Positions 1-11,074 of a stretch of DNA of 32,702 bases are shown here, one piece after another; position 1 is the first letter of the stretch; every line of letters starts with the position of its first letter. Both the position numbers and the translations under genes were made by a program. The DNA lies in contig SNRW01000067.1 in NCBI GenBank assembly GCA_008636045.1, positions 1 through 32,702 of the forward strand. The letters are read 5' to 3'. Under the pieces are notes generated by a model, which was not told the origin of the DNA, ran no database searches, and saw nothing but the letters and a program-made list of their open reading frames with translations. The stretch is from Streblomastix strix. Its lineage: Eukaryota.

Positions 1-721
1 ATAATGATGATTATGATGATGCTATCTTTGAACAAGACGAAATAATATAATACAGAAAAGCAAATTTGTATCTATTTTGCATAAACATTAATACGAAATA
101 TTTAGTGGTATATCCTTTAATAGATAAATCAGCTGCATAAGTAGTTGGAAAATTGTAAAAATTAATTATAAATTGTTACGTAAATTATTTCGGGAGTGGT
201 GGAGAGAAAGGATTTAATGGTTCTTAATTTGCTTTATTTTGTTCAAGAAATAAAATTAATGGTTATTTCACTGATTCAAAGTTCAATAATCATAATAAAG
301 TTGTTGATTCAGTTATTCGTACAATAAGGAATGAATTTAGTTATAAATTTAATTAATTTTCAACAAATTAGTAAATACAAATAATTGTAGATATTTGCAA
401 TAAAACAATGCATCTTGCATTTCAAAATAAATATAGTCCATTTTAAGTTCAATTATCAATAGATTTCAAAAAATATACGTTCATAAATAAAGAAATTAGA
501 GCGATAATTGGTGAGATAAAAATTAGAGAGAATTCTTTCAATTTAAGCAAGAAATATAATTTTAATACATCTTGATATCTAAAAAACATAATAAAAATTT
601 ATGAAATAAAGAAAAAATTTCAATTAATTAGCGATGTTCATTAGATATGTGAATGGTAATGTTTTATGCAGATTATTGAATTATTCATATAAAATAAATC
701 TAATTAAAATAACTTCATATA
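1..721 (+). pseudogene. Degenerate Polinton-type rve integrase, 5' part, truncated by the window edge and split by the 722-19274 insertion
   Basis: TAR=Gln translation gives YLFCININTKYLVVYPL (~69), HNKVVDSVIRTIRN (~291-332) and FNQLAMFIRYVNGNVLCRLL (619-678). These are collinear with the integrase at 8094-9296. Frameshifts are present. Confidence 0.8.
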
Positions 722-1082
722 ACTACTAATTTTAGAGGATATTTGCATCTTTTCTAAAAAGCATAAGCAAATCTTACAAAATAACAGTATCAAAAATCCT
801 CACATTTAAAAATATAAATAGTTATAATATCAATCTTAAAATCTACGAATTTGCAAAATCTTCAAGGACCAACTGGTCGATGCAATAATCGAAAAATCAA
901 CGCAAAAGCACTATTTTAAAGTTAAATTTCAATAAAAAACTAACTTTCTTTGCTCTTAAAAAAATGTGTACTTTAATCAATTTTGTAATACCTTTTAATG
1001 AACAAAGGGTAAATGGTGGTAATAATCGAAGATTATTAGCCCCTTTAAGATATTGATGCAGATAACGAATAAAAATAATCAA
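722..1082 (+). repeat. Left terminal inverted repeat
   Basis: ACTACTAATTTTAGAGGATATTTGCATC... is the reverse complement of 18916-19274. About 5 mismatches in the outer ~215 bp and clearly more in the inner ~145 bp. Confidence 0.96.
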
Positions 1083-1159
1083 AATCTTACAAAATATTAT
1101 TAATTGATTATTTATCTTTAGATAAGTAAATTTTTTTTCATTTTTTTATTTTTATTATA

Positions 1160-4100
1160 AATAGCATTAACCAAATCATTACTATATTCTATATTGAGAG
1201 TATTTAGTTTCTTTACAAGTGAAACTGTTAAATAACTCAAGACTAGAGTGACCTAATTATTGAACGAATTAGGATATCCTAGATACAGATACATTGATAT
1301 ATATTCAATGATGGTGAAAGTTTGTATATTCCCATTAGCAGGCTTTTGTCTTTAAGAGCTAATTGACAAGCATTATGTTTCTCATAGGAAGTAACTATTC
1401 TATCAATAATTTGATTTGAATAATTGCTTCTGGCTATCATATACTTGATTCATATAATAAAGCAAAGTAGTACCAAATCAAATACAGTAGAAAACGGTTA
1501 ATTCGTAGTTGCTCCTTCATCGATTTTCGACATACGAATTACAGTTAATTCGTATCTTCCAATAAAAATTTTAGAAAATTTAAAAATTTTTAAAAAAAAT
1601 TTAAATTTTTACTTCTATTTTATTAAAAAATCATACGAATTAACCGTAGTACGAATTAACCGTAATCTACTGTAATACTTGAAGCTAAAAAATTAATAAG
1701 AGATTCGATAATCTAACGAAGAAGTAATACGATTCATCCATTAACGAATATAAAGAATTTGATATAGTAGAAGAATTAAATAAATTCATTATTTTGAAGA
1801 AGATTAACGTTAACATATTCAATTATGATCAAGATAAAAATTCTATTATTTGAGAGAAAAATAATTGTACTTTAAGATCAAGAATATAAACCTTGATAAT
1901 GACATATAGGAATAAGAATAAATAGAAGAAATACTCTCTATATTTATCATTCTACTAGTTTCGTCCACAAACGACAATTAATACTTTTATCATGTATTCT
2001 ATATAACTAATACAGACTGTTTAACAGGATCAAAATTTTGCCCATACTGTTATTAATAGTCATTTGACCTTAAGGATGATCATTTCAAAAGAAGCAATGA
2101 AAATCATGCTAGTTAATGCAAAATTAATAACGGTAAATAATTAAGAAAGTAAAACTGGGTGAGTAACCGTTCCCACATTGTCCTCATATTTAAAGCAATG
2201 AAACTTAAGCTCATATATTAGCCAAAACAAGAAGCAATAGTTTAAACCATAAGTCTACTTTATAACTTATGATTTTGAAACAGTTGAACGTAGCGTAAAT
2301 AACTATTATGGTAATTCAATTTCTTAAGGTATCTATTATAACTAATGGATATTAGAACTAGTTCAATTATCAGTTGCATCAACTATCAAACTAAAATGGA
2401 GAGAGTAATACTAAAACGATTAACGTAGTAAGAAGATTGATACTTCATTCGGTCCCTCTGCATTAAAGACCATCTATTTTGACATACGTTAAGGCGATGA
2501 TTTTATAACATAATGGATCGAGTAGATATTCGAAGAGGCTAAACAAGTTTCAATAGACAATAAGTATGATAATGACAGAGTTCCATATAAATATAACGTT
2601 TCAATTATTGGTTTCAATTCTAGTAGATTCGATTAAGTTTTATTCTCTAAATACTTGCATAATGATAAATGGATAATTTAAAGTTTCATTGGCAGTTATG
2701 GATGCAGTAAACAGATAGTAGTTGAACATAAACAAACACAGCAACTAATAAATTTTATTGACGCATTGAACAATACTTAGCCAACTGATTTAGACTCATT
2801 TACTGCGGACTTTGAGTCGGATACAAATTAATCAAAAGGGCTATTTCCATATAAAGGTGTATAATATGATAACTATAATTAAGAACTAATCAAATCATAA
2901 CCCTTCTCCATTAAAGTATTTGATTCAATATTGAAAAATAGGAAGATGACTAACGATGAATATTAATTATACTTCAATGATGCTAAAAACTACTCTACAC
3001 GATGGGACTACCTGTAACATTACAATGAATTAGACACATAGATAATGATATAACTGTTAGACAATCTCATTAATTGGTTCTATTAACATAAAGTTGATAT
3101 GCTTAGTTTCATGAGCCTAGCTACTAATGAAAATGCGATTAAATATGCTACAGCATATAAAGATTTCGATTTAAACATTAATTACCCTCAGTAATCAAAT
3201 AAATCAAAGCCTTTCATTCTATCTCAAATCTATTGGAATTCGAAAGTCATAGGATATAACATATTGGACAAATAAAAACATAGAAAGACAAATAATAATA
3301 TAACGATTAATAATTACAATTATTTTAAAGATCTATTCGAACGTTAATCTTGAGTTTTTTGTGGTGATAAATTTACAATGGATAATAAGCCTACTCTAGA
3401 TAGAATTAATAATAAACTACCTCATACTAAATCAAACTGCTAACCTTGTTGCATATATTGCAATCGTTACAAATCGGATAAGGATGAGAAAGTAACGAGG
3501 TTATTTATACAATTTCGTCGATACTATAATATTAATCGTCTTACCTAAACAATTGTAAATGATGAAGTATATTAACTCATTCGTCGTAATATTACTGGTG
3601 GACTATCTAATGTATTGCACCGTTATAATAGAGCAAATATTGATATTATTAAATGATATTATTATAATGAAAACACAAAAACTATAACAGTAATATATAT
3701 AAATCATACTATCTCTCATATCTGCGGAGTAGATTTTAACTCATTATATCCATCTTGTTTCTCATCATAAATTCATCTCTTTTACAAGTACACTAATGGT
3801 ATAATGTATATATGTGGATCAGTAACAGGAATTGTAAAAGATTAAGATAGTGCTAGAAAAGAAATACACTTGGATGATCGATGCACTGATCGAGGACAAC
3901 TATTCATTGCCTAACTGAGGGGACATATTGATGAAAAATACTTTAGTGATTTCGCTAATTGCCCCTCAATTATTTGTAACGTATCATATCAATCAAGCAA
4001 ATCAGTTATCGGGGAATATATGTATGACTAGATGTAATCAGCAGGAGTTAAAACTGATAGATAAGAAAGGAACTTAACTCAGTTATTATCTATTCATAAT

Positions 4101-5155
4101 TAATATATGACTTTTAATTCTTATTACTTATAGTTCTTAATTGATGTTTATCATTTTATAATCAATGATATTAAACAGTTAGTACTGTTTAATAATCATG
4201 CTAAATTTAATATTTTCGTTAACGAATTCATGAATAAATGTATTGAAGCTTTCAAGTAAAAGAATTGTGGATTAGATAAATTTTGTAAGATGATTTTAAA
4301 TGCTTCTTTTGGATCTGATAGTATGAATACTGGGAAATATAATAAAATCAAACTACTAATTAAAGAAAAGAATAAAGAAGTACATACTAAATATTTGTGT
4401 ATGAATGATCGTAAATTAGCGGATAACCTTTAAGCTTTTTAATTTAAACCAAAGAATTGTAAATGTAATACTTGTCTTCAGATAACCTATTTTACACTAG
4501 ACAATGCTACGTATTGGTATCCTAATTTCATGAATAATTTCATATAAAAATATTTGGATATGAATAAGCTTCATTTTGTCGAAAGGGATACTGATTCAAC
4601 TTATTAGGCAATTAGTGGATGATATGTAATTAAAGGTAATGACAATTAATAAGAATATGAAAATAACTTAAATTAAGGTTTCAAATACGTTAACAAGGGC
4701 CAGTAGTTCAATTTTATTTGTGCTAAATACTTCATTCCAACAATATATGTAGATAAATAAGACGAAAAGAAATTATTAGGTTTATCTATCGAAAATGAAG
4801 GAGATGAGATGTTTGCATTAGCTCCCAAAAATTACTATATTCATATATTTAAATGAAATTAGCTGACTGATGTTATCAAACTTAAAAGATTTAATCTTCA
4901 ATAGAACAATATAAACAAATAAGATGTGATTTATAATCTTGTTAATGGAAAAATAACACAACGAACTAATATTCGATTAGGTTAATAATCAGACTAACTG
5001 TAAGAAGAATAATTCTCAAAGTCCTGTTGTATGAATAAGTTATTATCAACTAAGAATGCGCAAACAGGCATACAAACTAAGATGATTGTATTGAAAAATA
5101 GTTAAAGTTGTTTACCATTTATCTATGAATTAACTGCTGATAGTTATTCAGACTG
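1160..5155 (+). pseudogene. Protein-primed family B DNA polymerase (pPolB), with vOTU-like N-terminal region and HNH insert; disrupted
   Basis: Motifs: NNCFW (~1420), YFYHVFYI (~1985), ExoI YDFET (2268), ExoII GFNSSRFD (~2610), KGLFPY, ExoIII HYNELD, RNITGG, VDFNSLYPS (3729), KMILNASFG (4287), DTDS (4587), APKNY. Disrupted by in-frame TGA at 3351, 3654, 4620 and 4854, a frameshift near 2225 and a MITE. Start and stop are approximate. Confidence 0.93.
1485..1672. mobile_element. 188-bp Tc1/mariner(pogo)-type MITE inserted in the pPolB gene
   Basis: TA duplication at 1483-1484 and 1673-1674. 23-bp TIRs CAGTAGAAAACGGTTAATTCGTA / TACGAATTAACCGTAATCTACTG (2 mismatches). Removal rejoins ...VVPNQI|ILEAKKL. 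Confidence 0.9.
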
Positions 5156-5306
5156 CAGATTTCTTTTTCTTCTATTTTTTTTAACCATCTTTTCTTTTAG
5201 GTTCTTTCTATGCTTCTATCTATGCAAGCATTTATTTTTCACTAATGTAATTCTTTTTAATTTTAACTTAATTTACTTTATCAGCTTTTGTTAATACATT
5301 ATTCAT
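5148..5306 (-). CDS. Small Lys-rich basic protein (52 aa), possible DNA-binding/core protein
   Basis: MNNVLTKADKVNQVKIKKNYISEKQMLAQIEAQKEPKRKDGQKKQKKKKSAV*. Starts in a TAAATG context. Confidence 0.5.
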
Positions 5307-5319
5307 TTATATATATGAT

Positions 5320-6280
5320 GGTGTTTTATCTCTAATTTTCAAAACTACTTTCTTCTGAGAGAACTGAATGTTATTAAGAGAATATAATTCCCAATCCATT
5401 GACCCAAGCTTATAATTAATAGCTCAATTCAAATCAATCATTTATTTCGATTATAATTCTTCAATTTATTTTTTTTTTCCTTTTATTTTGTTAACAATGA
5501 GTTTGATGTCATAGATAGACTTTAATTATATTATTGCTAATTATTCAATTATAATAGATTTCTTTAATAATTTGATTAAGATTTAATAATTGTTGGTATA
5601 TTAGTTAAATACATCATTACCAAATTATGTATATTCATATATAGTCTAAAATTCCTTATCTTTTTCATACACTTATTCTTTCTATTTTTTCTGTTCCTTC
5701 TTCGATAATCATTTATCTTTAAAAATTTTCATTCATAAGTTCATATTTATTCGTTAAATCATATGATGGATAACCTTATAACGCATTAAAATTATTTTAA
5801 GGTTATTAATCTTAATAATTATATATTCCTGAAGCAATTTACGCATTAACATTAGATATTTCAACTAACGAAGGATCACCTATTCCAACTAAATTATTAA
5901 TCATATTTTTTTACTCTTACTTATATATCCATCTAATCATATAATAGATTCTAAGCTCATGGACGCATTGATTACATATTTAATGGTTTCTATGATTATT
6001 TTTCATTTCTAAAATCTTCGAGAGTCTTATCCTGTTTATTGAAGAATAAAACTGTATCACTTAGCCCTTTCTATTAATTTAACGATTATTAATATGGATA
6101 ATTATCATTTATAAATTTATCAATCACATGTAATTAATAATTATTTTTATACCCATTAACAACTAATTTATTTAATATATTTGCATATATAACTTTATTA
6201 ATATATCCACTTGTAAAAAGAAGATTTAATCTATTAGTTATTTACAATAATACTTGTTTAGTAGCATTTGCTAGACTCAT
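5320..6280 (-). pseudogene. Hypothetical viral protein with in-frame TGA codons; 3' end approximate
   Basis: MSLANATKQVLLQITNRLNLLFTSGYINK... Its N-terminus is paralogous to the ORF starting at 7515. Confidence 0.55.
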
Positions 6281-6296
6281 TTTTAATTATCTAAAA

Positions 6297-6530
6297 ATGT
6301 ATGTATAAGAATATATGAGATATAGCTAATTCCTATCACCATTACTCTGTTTAGATACTAAATCAGATCCAATGATAGAACAATGATTCATTCTACATTA
6401 ATATAATAAACGATTGATGAAGGAATAATTAAAATATATTATAGAATAAGTATAAGTAAATAGCAAAGATGCATTACTGTTATTGATGATTATGTTGGAT
6501 GACAAAAGATTAAGAAAAATAAATTGTTCA
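6297..6530 (+). pseudogene. Degenerate paralogue of the small ORF at 7530-7760
   Basis: MYVQEYMRYSQFLSPLLCL...IEQ*FILHQYNKRL...LLLLMIMLDDKRLRKIN. It has one internal TGA and has lost the terminal stop. Confidence 0.6.
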
Positions 6531-6559
6531 ATTTCACTCTTATTTTTGATTATCAGAGC

Positions 6560-6971
6560 TTAAACCTATAGTTTTATATTTCTCTTTATCTTATTTTTGT
6601 TTTTAATACTTATATTTTTCAAGTATATTAATTATAGTGATTATATCTTTATCATCTAATTTTACCTTTTAAATTTATCGAATAGCTGTATGTTATAAAT
6701 CAGTGATTGTTTATCTAAATTGTTCAATGATTTAAAATTGTTTTTTTAATATATCTCATTATTCTCTTGATTTATTTTTAGTTTCTTCTATTGTACTATA
6801 TTTCTTAAGTCTTCCACATTTAACACCTTCTTTTCTTTCATATTTACATTTCGGTTTAATCAAAGTGTTTGTGTCAGTCTGCTCTGTAGGTTTTCCACAG
6901 GAAGTAGCTTTACTTTCGGTAACATTAATAGTCTCATTGTTATTCAATTTATTAATTGATTCAATTTTCAT
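6560..6971 (-). pseudogene. AT-hook-like basic protein, copy A; 3' end approximate
   Basis: KYERKEGVKCGRLKKY; paralogue of 7760-8116. In-frame TGA at 6758-6756. Confidence 0.55.
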
Positions 6972-7515
6972 TAGGTAAAAAAGTATATTTATACTTAATA
7001 TCTAATTTTTCTAGATCATTGCTTACCTTCTTAGCGAAATAAATAGGTATTTTAACTTACTATATATCTTTATACAGTTTCAATAATCTATAGATTATAT
7101 TACCATGCTAATACTTCTCGAATATTGCCAACTCCTTAAGTTACCTATGTTATATATTAAATTAATGAGACATCTTTTATAAATCAAGGTGAATCAGTAT
7201 GATATTACCTTTTGTTAATTTTGTTAGTTAATTCTACGACTATTTAACAGCATTTAATTTTCTCATTTAAGATCGTATATATTTATCTTCTAAATTTAAC
7301 TTAATTGGTTACTATGATGATGACTATTGTGGATACTTTTAAACTGTAAAGCTATTAATCATGAATAATTATTAATTACCTTAATAATTATCTTTGCTTA
7401 GTTGTTATTAAATCAAGTATCTAATATAATTATTAGTATACCCACTTAAACCAGCTTGACCTATTTTATTAACTATTTATTATAAAAATGGTTTAGAATC
7501 ATTTTTTAGGCTCAT
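6961..7515 (-). CDS. Chimeric 184-aa ORF: N-terminus of the MSL-family hypothetical protein fused in frame to the integrase C-terminal domain
   Basis: Open from ATG 7515 to TGA 6963-6961: MSLKNDSKPFLQQIVNKIG...PIKLN|LEDKYIRSQMRKL...GNIILIHLDLQK...IPIYFAKKVS...FLPNEN*. Confidence 0.65.
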
Positions 7516-7529
7516 TTAAATTAATTAAA

Positions 7530-7760
7530 ATGTAAGTACAAGAATATACGAGATATAGCTAATTCCTATCATCATTAGACTGTTTAGCTAGTAAATCAGA
7601 TCGAAGGATAGAACTATGTTTCATTCTACGTTAATATAATAAACGATTGAAGATGGAATAATTAAAATAGGTTATAAAATAAGCATAAGTAAACAGTTAA
7701 GAAGCATTATTATTATTGATGACTATGTTAGGTGACAAAAAATTAAGAAAAATAAATTGA
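7530..7760 (+). CDS. Small hypothetical protein (76 aa)
   Basis: MQVQEYTRYSQFLSSLDCLASKSDRRIELCFILRQYNKRLKMEQLKQVIKQAQVNSQEALLLLMTMLGDKKLRKIN*. Conserved with the paralogue at 6297. Confidence 0.65.
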
Positions 7761-8116
7761 ACAGTACTATCTTTTACTTTATTCTATGTCAGTGTCTTTT
7801 TAATCTTATACTTTTTTATTTATATTTATTCTTGTATATTAATTATATTGATTATATCTTATTCTTCTATCTTTACCTTTTAAATCTATCGAATAGCCGT
7901 ATGTTATAATTCGGTGATTGTTTATCTAAATTGTTTATTGATTTCATATTGTTTCTTTTTAAATACGTTTCATTATTATCTTGCATTATTTTTAGCTTCT
8001 TCTATTGTATTATATTTCTTAGGTCTACCACATTTAACACCTTCTTTTCTTTCATATTTACGTTTTGGAGTAATCACCTCATTGTTATTTTATTCATTTG
8101 TTGGTTCCATTTTCAT
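7760..8116 (-). CDS. AT-hook-like (KCGRPKKY) basic DNA-binding protein, copy B, with one in-frame TGA; 3' end approximate
   Basis: MKMEPTNEQ...PKRKYERKEGVKCGRPKKYNTIEEAKNNARQQ*NVFKKKQYEINKQFRQTITELQHTAIRQI. Overlaps the integrase stop. Confidence 0.6.
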
Positions 8117-9296
8117 TAGGTAAAAAAGTATATTTATATTTAATATCTAAATTTTCTAGATAACCACTTACCTTCTTAGCGAAATAAATAGGTATTTTAA
8201 CTTACTATATGTCTTTAGCATTTATGCCGACAGCTTTGCTGATATATAGTTTCAATAATCTACAGATTATATTGCCATGCTAATACTTCTCGAGTATTGC
8301 CAACTCATTAAACTATCTACGCTATTTTTTAAATTAATGAGACATCTTTTATAAATCAAGGTGAATCAGTATGATATTCCCCATCGTTAATTTTGTAAGT
8401 TAATTCTACTATTATTTAATATCATCTAATTTTCTCATTTAAGATCGTATATATTTTCCTTCCAAATCTTCATCCTTATTAATCTAAGTAGGACTATATT
8501 TTAATTCAAAAACATTATGAGGCTTATCATTATAGTATTTAACTATCTGTAACATTAACTTTGGATTAGCCATTTCTTGACCAATAAAAGCATCTCTAAT
8601 GGTTCGAATAACTCTGTTAACTACTCTATTTTTATTTGAGAATTTTGATTTACTCATGTAATACTATATATGAAGAGCTGATAAGAAATCTTATACCATT
8701 TTACTTCCAATAGCACTTTCACCATCAGACCTTATATTAGTTACATGTTACTATTTGATTAATTAAACTAGACACCTTAATATCTCTTCTTATGTTTTAT
8801 TCTTAATCTCATAAACATCAAAGATTTAGGTATTGATATTAATACAGAATAGGTAATCTTGTTTACCAACTCCGTTGGCGTTATAAATAATATCAACAAA
8901 TTCAATTTCTATTTCCCATGATCCTAATGTTTTAGAGAAGTAAGGTCTATAGAATTGCTTTAATGGTTTTGCCCTCCAATTTTATATTTTATTCTATTTA
9001 TCGAATAGATTTGAAATTTACTATTAATTCTCATGAACTAATTTAAGTCCATAAACTTTTTATTATCCTTTGGTGCTAGTTATGCGATATTAATTGAATT
9101 TATCTAGGTATTATTTATATAACTCAGCTACTGTTTTAACATTTCTTACTTTAGAGTCCAAACCTGATTCTGTGAATTATTTTTCTAAGTCATTTGAGAT
9201 AAAATTGGTTTTAAATTAACGATTCGAACTAGTTACAAAGTCTTTCAAACTCAACTTATTTATTTCATAAGCCTTATCATTAATAAATTTGTTCAT
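8094..9296 (-). CDS. Retroviral-like (rve) integrase of Polinton type, 400 aa
   Basis: Uninterrupted under TAR=Gln: RPYFSKTLGSWEIEIEF, YLFCININT, IRSDGESAI, NRVVNRVIRTIRDAF, VKYYNDKPH, then an SH3-like C-terminal region. No chromodomain seen. Confidence 0.9.
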
Positions 9297-9314
9297 TTAA
9301 TTACAAAAATAATT

Positions 9315-9440
9315 TCACTGATAAATCTTCGATTCGCAAACATATTTGATAGCAAAGTTGAATATCTATTTGAATAGATCATGCCAGTTTTTTACGAATG
9401 ATTCAAGTGCCATTATCATAGTCTAATTGAAGATTTCCAT
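9315..9440 (-). CDS. Tiny hypothetical protein (41 aa)
   Basis: MEIFNQTMIMALESFVKNWHDLFKQIFNFAIKYVCESKIYQ*. TAAATG start; fills the gap between its neighbours. Confidence 0.4.
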
Positions 9441-9455
9441 TTATATCACATTAAA

Positions 9456-10458
9456 TCATTGAATATATTACAACTCTAATAGTGAATTGTTATATATGTC
9501 CGTAAACTAATTAGGTATTCTTCTTCCGAAATTATCATACAATTGAAATACAAAGGATCTATTCATTCCCATTAATCCTGCTTGTGATAGCATATTTTAA
9601 CCCCAAAGAACAGGTGCTCCAATTAGATTCTATTTATAACACAAATTCGAAAACCTTACATTGATAATGGTTTACATTATTGATCCCTACTTTTGATTAT
9701 CAACACATATAACTAACATCTGGTGTATTCTAAAAAATTACCAATATAAGGGTAAAAGATAGATATATCCGATAATAATGATTATTAATTATATTTATTT
9801 TTATAGAATCAATCTTATAGTTCAATTATTTTTTCGTTAAAAGAAATTTTAACCAATTGATTAGCATTATTTTAGTTATTACCATCATATAAATCTAATC
9901 CACCTGTTAATTATATATATAAGTTGTTAGATAATACTACACTATCAATATACCAATTTTAATGTGGTTTAGAATTATATTCATTAATAAAAGATGTTAT
10001 ATATTGACCATATTAATTAAAAAGTTAAATATCAGTATATATATCCTTCCATTATTATACATTTAACGCAGGTAATGAACATATCAATCTAACGGGAAAT
10101 GTATTTATGCTATTACTAATTTATTACATTGATGCTGATTATACATTAATTGGTGTAGTATCCGTTTCAGTTAAATTTCCATTTGTTAATGTAATCTATT
10201 TTCTATAATTATATCTTTTATTAATGTTATATGGATAATCACTACCCCACCTTATAGAGGTTCTGTGGTTGATTAAAAGTTATTAGATGAGGGTTCACAT
10301 ATTTTTATTAGACTAAAACACCTACATGCTATAGATAAATAACGATCAAATATCCAATAGTTGTATAAGAAAGCGTCCAAACGTAAATTTGTATAGTTTA
10401 ATGCAGGGCTATATATATCTATCGCGTTATTAATATTTAAACTGTTTGTATTATTCAA
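9456..10458 (-). pseudogene. Putative minor capsid protein (penton), frameshifted
   Basis: C-terminus FVFQLYDNFGRRIPN...LLELQYIQ* resembles the I.L.D..G..I penton ending of Polintons. ~330 codons, beta-rich composition. The start appears mutated (TAATTG) and there are frameshifts. Confidence 0.6.
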
Positions 10459-10943
10459 TTAATTTTATAAGTTTCACTTCACATGTCTGATAATTGGAAA
10501 GAACGAAGTATTTGTTGCTGTTTCATTCTTACTTAACATCGATAGTAATTTATCATTGCAAGAAATGCATTTCTGTCTAAAGAAATTGTGACAACATAAC
10601 CGTAAGAAATTCTTATAAAATGCTTGCTCATATCTCTCGTAATCTATGAATGATTTATTTCAATAGTTTCAATTACAATCACCTTCATTTGACTTTTGTT
10701 CTGAATTATATGTTGATGAAGATGGATAAAACATTAAAATAGTTACAAATTAAGTATGTAAAAATCTAAATTTTAAATTTAAAATTGAATATATTTATTA
10801 AACTTTTAAACTTTTCTAAGAAATATTTTTTTAACCAACAGGCATTTATTCATTGATCATTGTAAAAACTTGGAGACAGTACAAGTGTTGAATTTTTCCA
10901 TTTAAATATTTCAAAATTGAACCATCTGAGATCATTAAAAATA

Positions 10944-11033
10944 ACTGTCTATTTTTTGAAAATTTAGAGTGGCAGCAAAAACGGCCCCAAAGTGGCTGCT
11001 GCCACTCAAAATCGTACTTAAAAAAATAGCAGG
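10944..11033. repeat. GC-rich imperfect palindrome flanked by a 9-bp direct repeat (possible miniature insertion or cis element)
   Basis: Perfect 11-bp stem GAGTGGCAGCA (10967-10977) / TGCTGCCACTC (10997-11007). Outer arms CTATTTTTT / AAAAAATAG. TTAAAAATA at 10935-10943 and 11034-11042. Confidence 0.6.
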
Positions 11034-11074
11034 TTAAAAATACTATTCTTGTGGATCAACGAACTCGTTGATTT

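Larger units (their letters stand above)
6291..7295 (+). repeat. Internal direct repeat copy A (small ORF + AT-hook ORF + integrase 3' end)
   Basis: Long shared blocks with 7524-8466, e.g. GAGATATAGCTAATTCCTATCA, CATTAGGTAAAAAAGTATATTTATA and AAATTAATGAGACATCTTTTATAAATCAAGGTGAATCAGTATGATATT. Confidence 0.92.
7524..8466 (+). repeat. Internal direct repeat copy B
   Basis: Diverged copy of 6291-7295 with indels, e.g. an extra ISKAVGINA segment in the integrase. Confidence 0.92.

Noticed and set aside
897..1082. Track ORF of 61 aa
   Set aside because: It lies within the left TIR, begins at a non-ATG codon and has no recognisable motif; probably non-coding.
1160..5155. Idea that TGA is also reassigned as a sense codon
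   Set aside because: Intact genes (MCP, ATPase, integrase, LCAT, SPRY) end cleanly at TGA, and the intact viral ORFs checked codon by codon contain none internally. Internal TGAs mostly co-occur with other damage.
7914..8123. Two hydrophobic plus-strand track ORFs
   Set aside because: Antisense shadows of the Lys-rich AT-hook gene on the minus strand.
10470..10860. Possible small minus-strand ORF(s) upstream of the penton
   Set aside because: Two competing frames, no motif and no clear start; cannot be supported.
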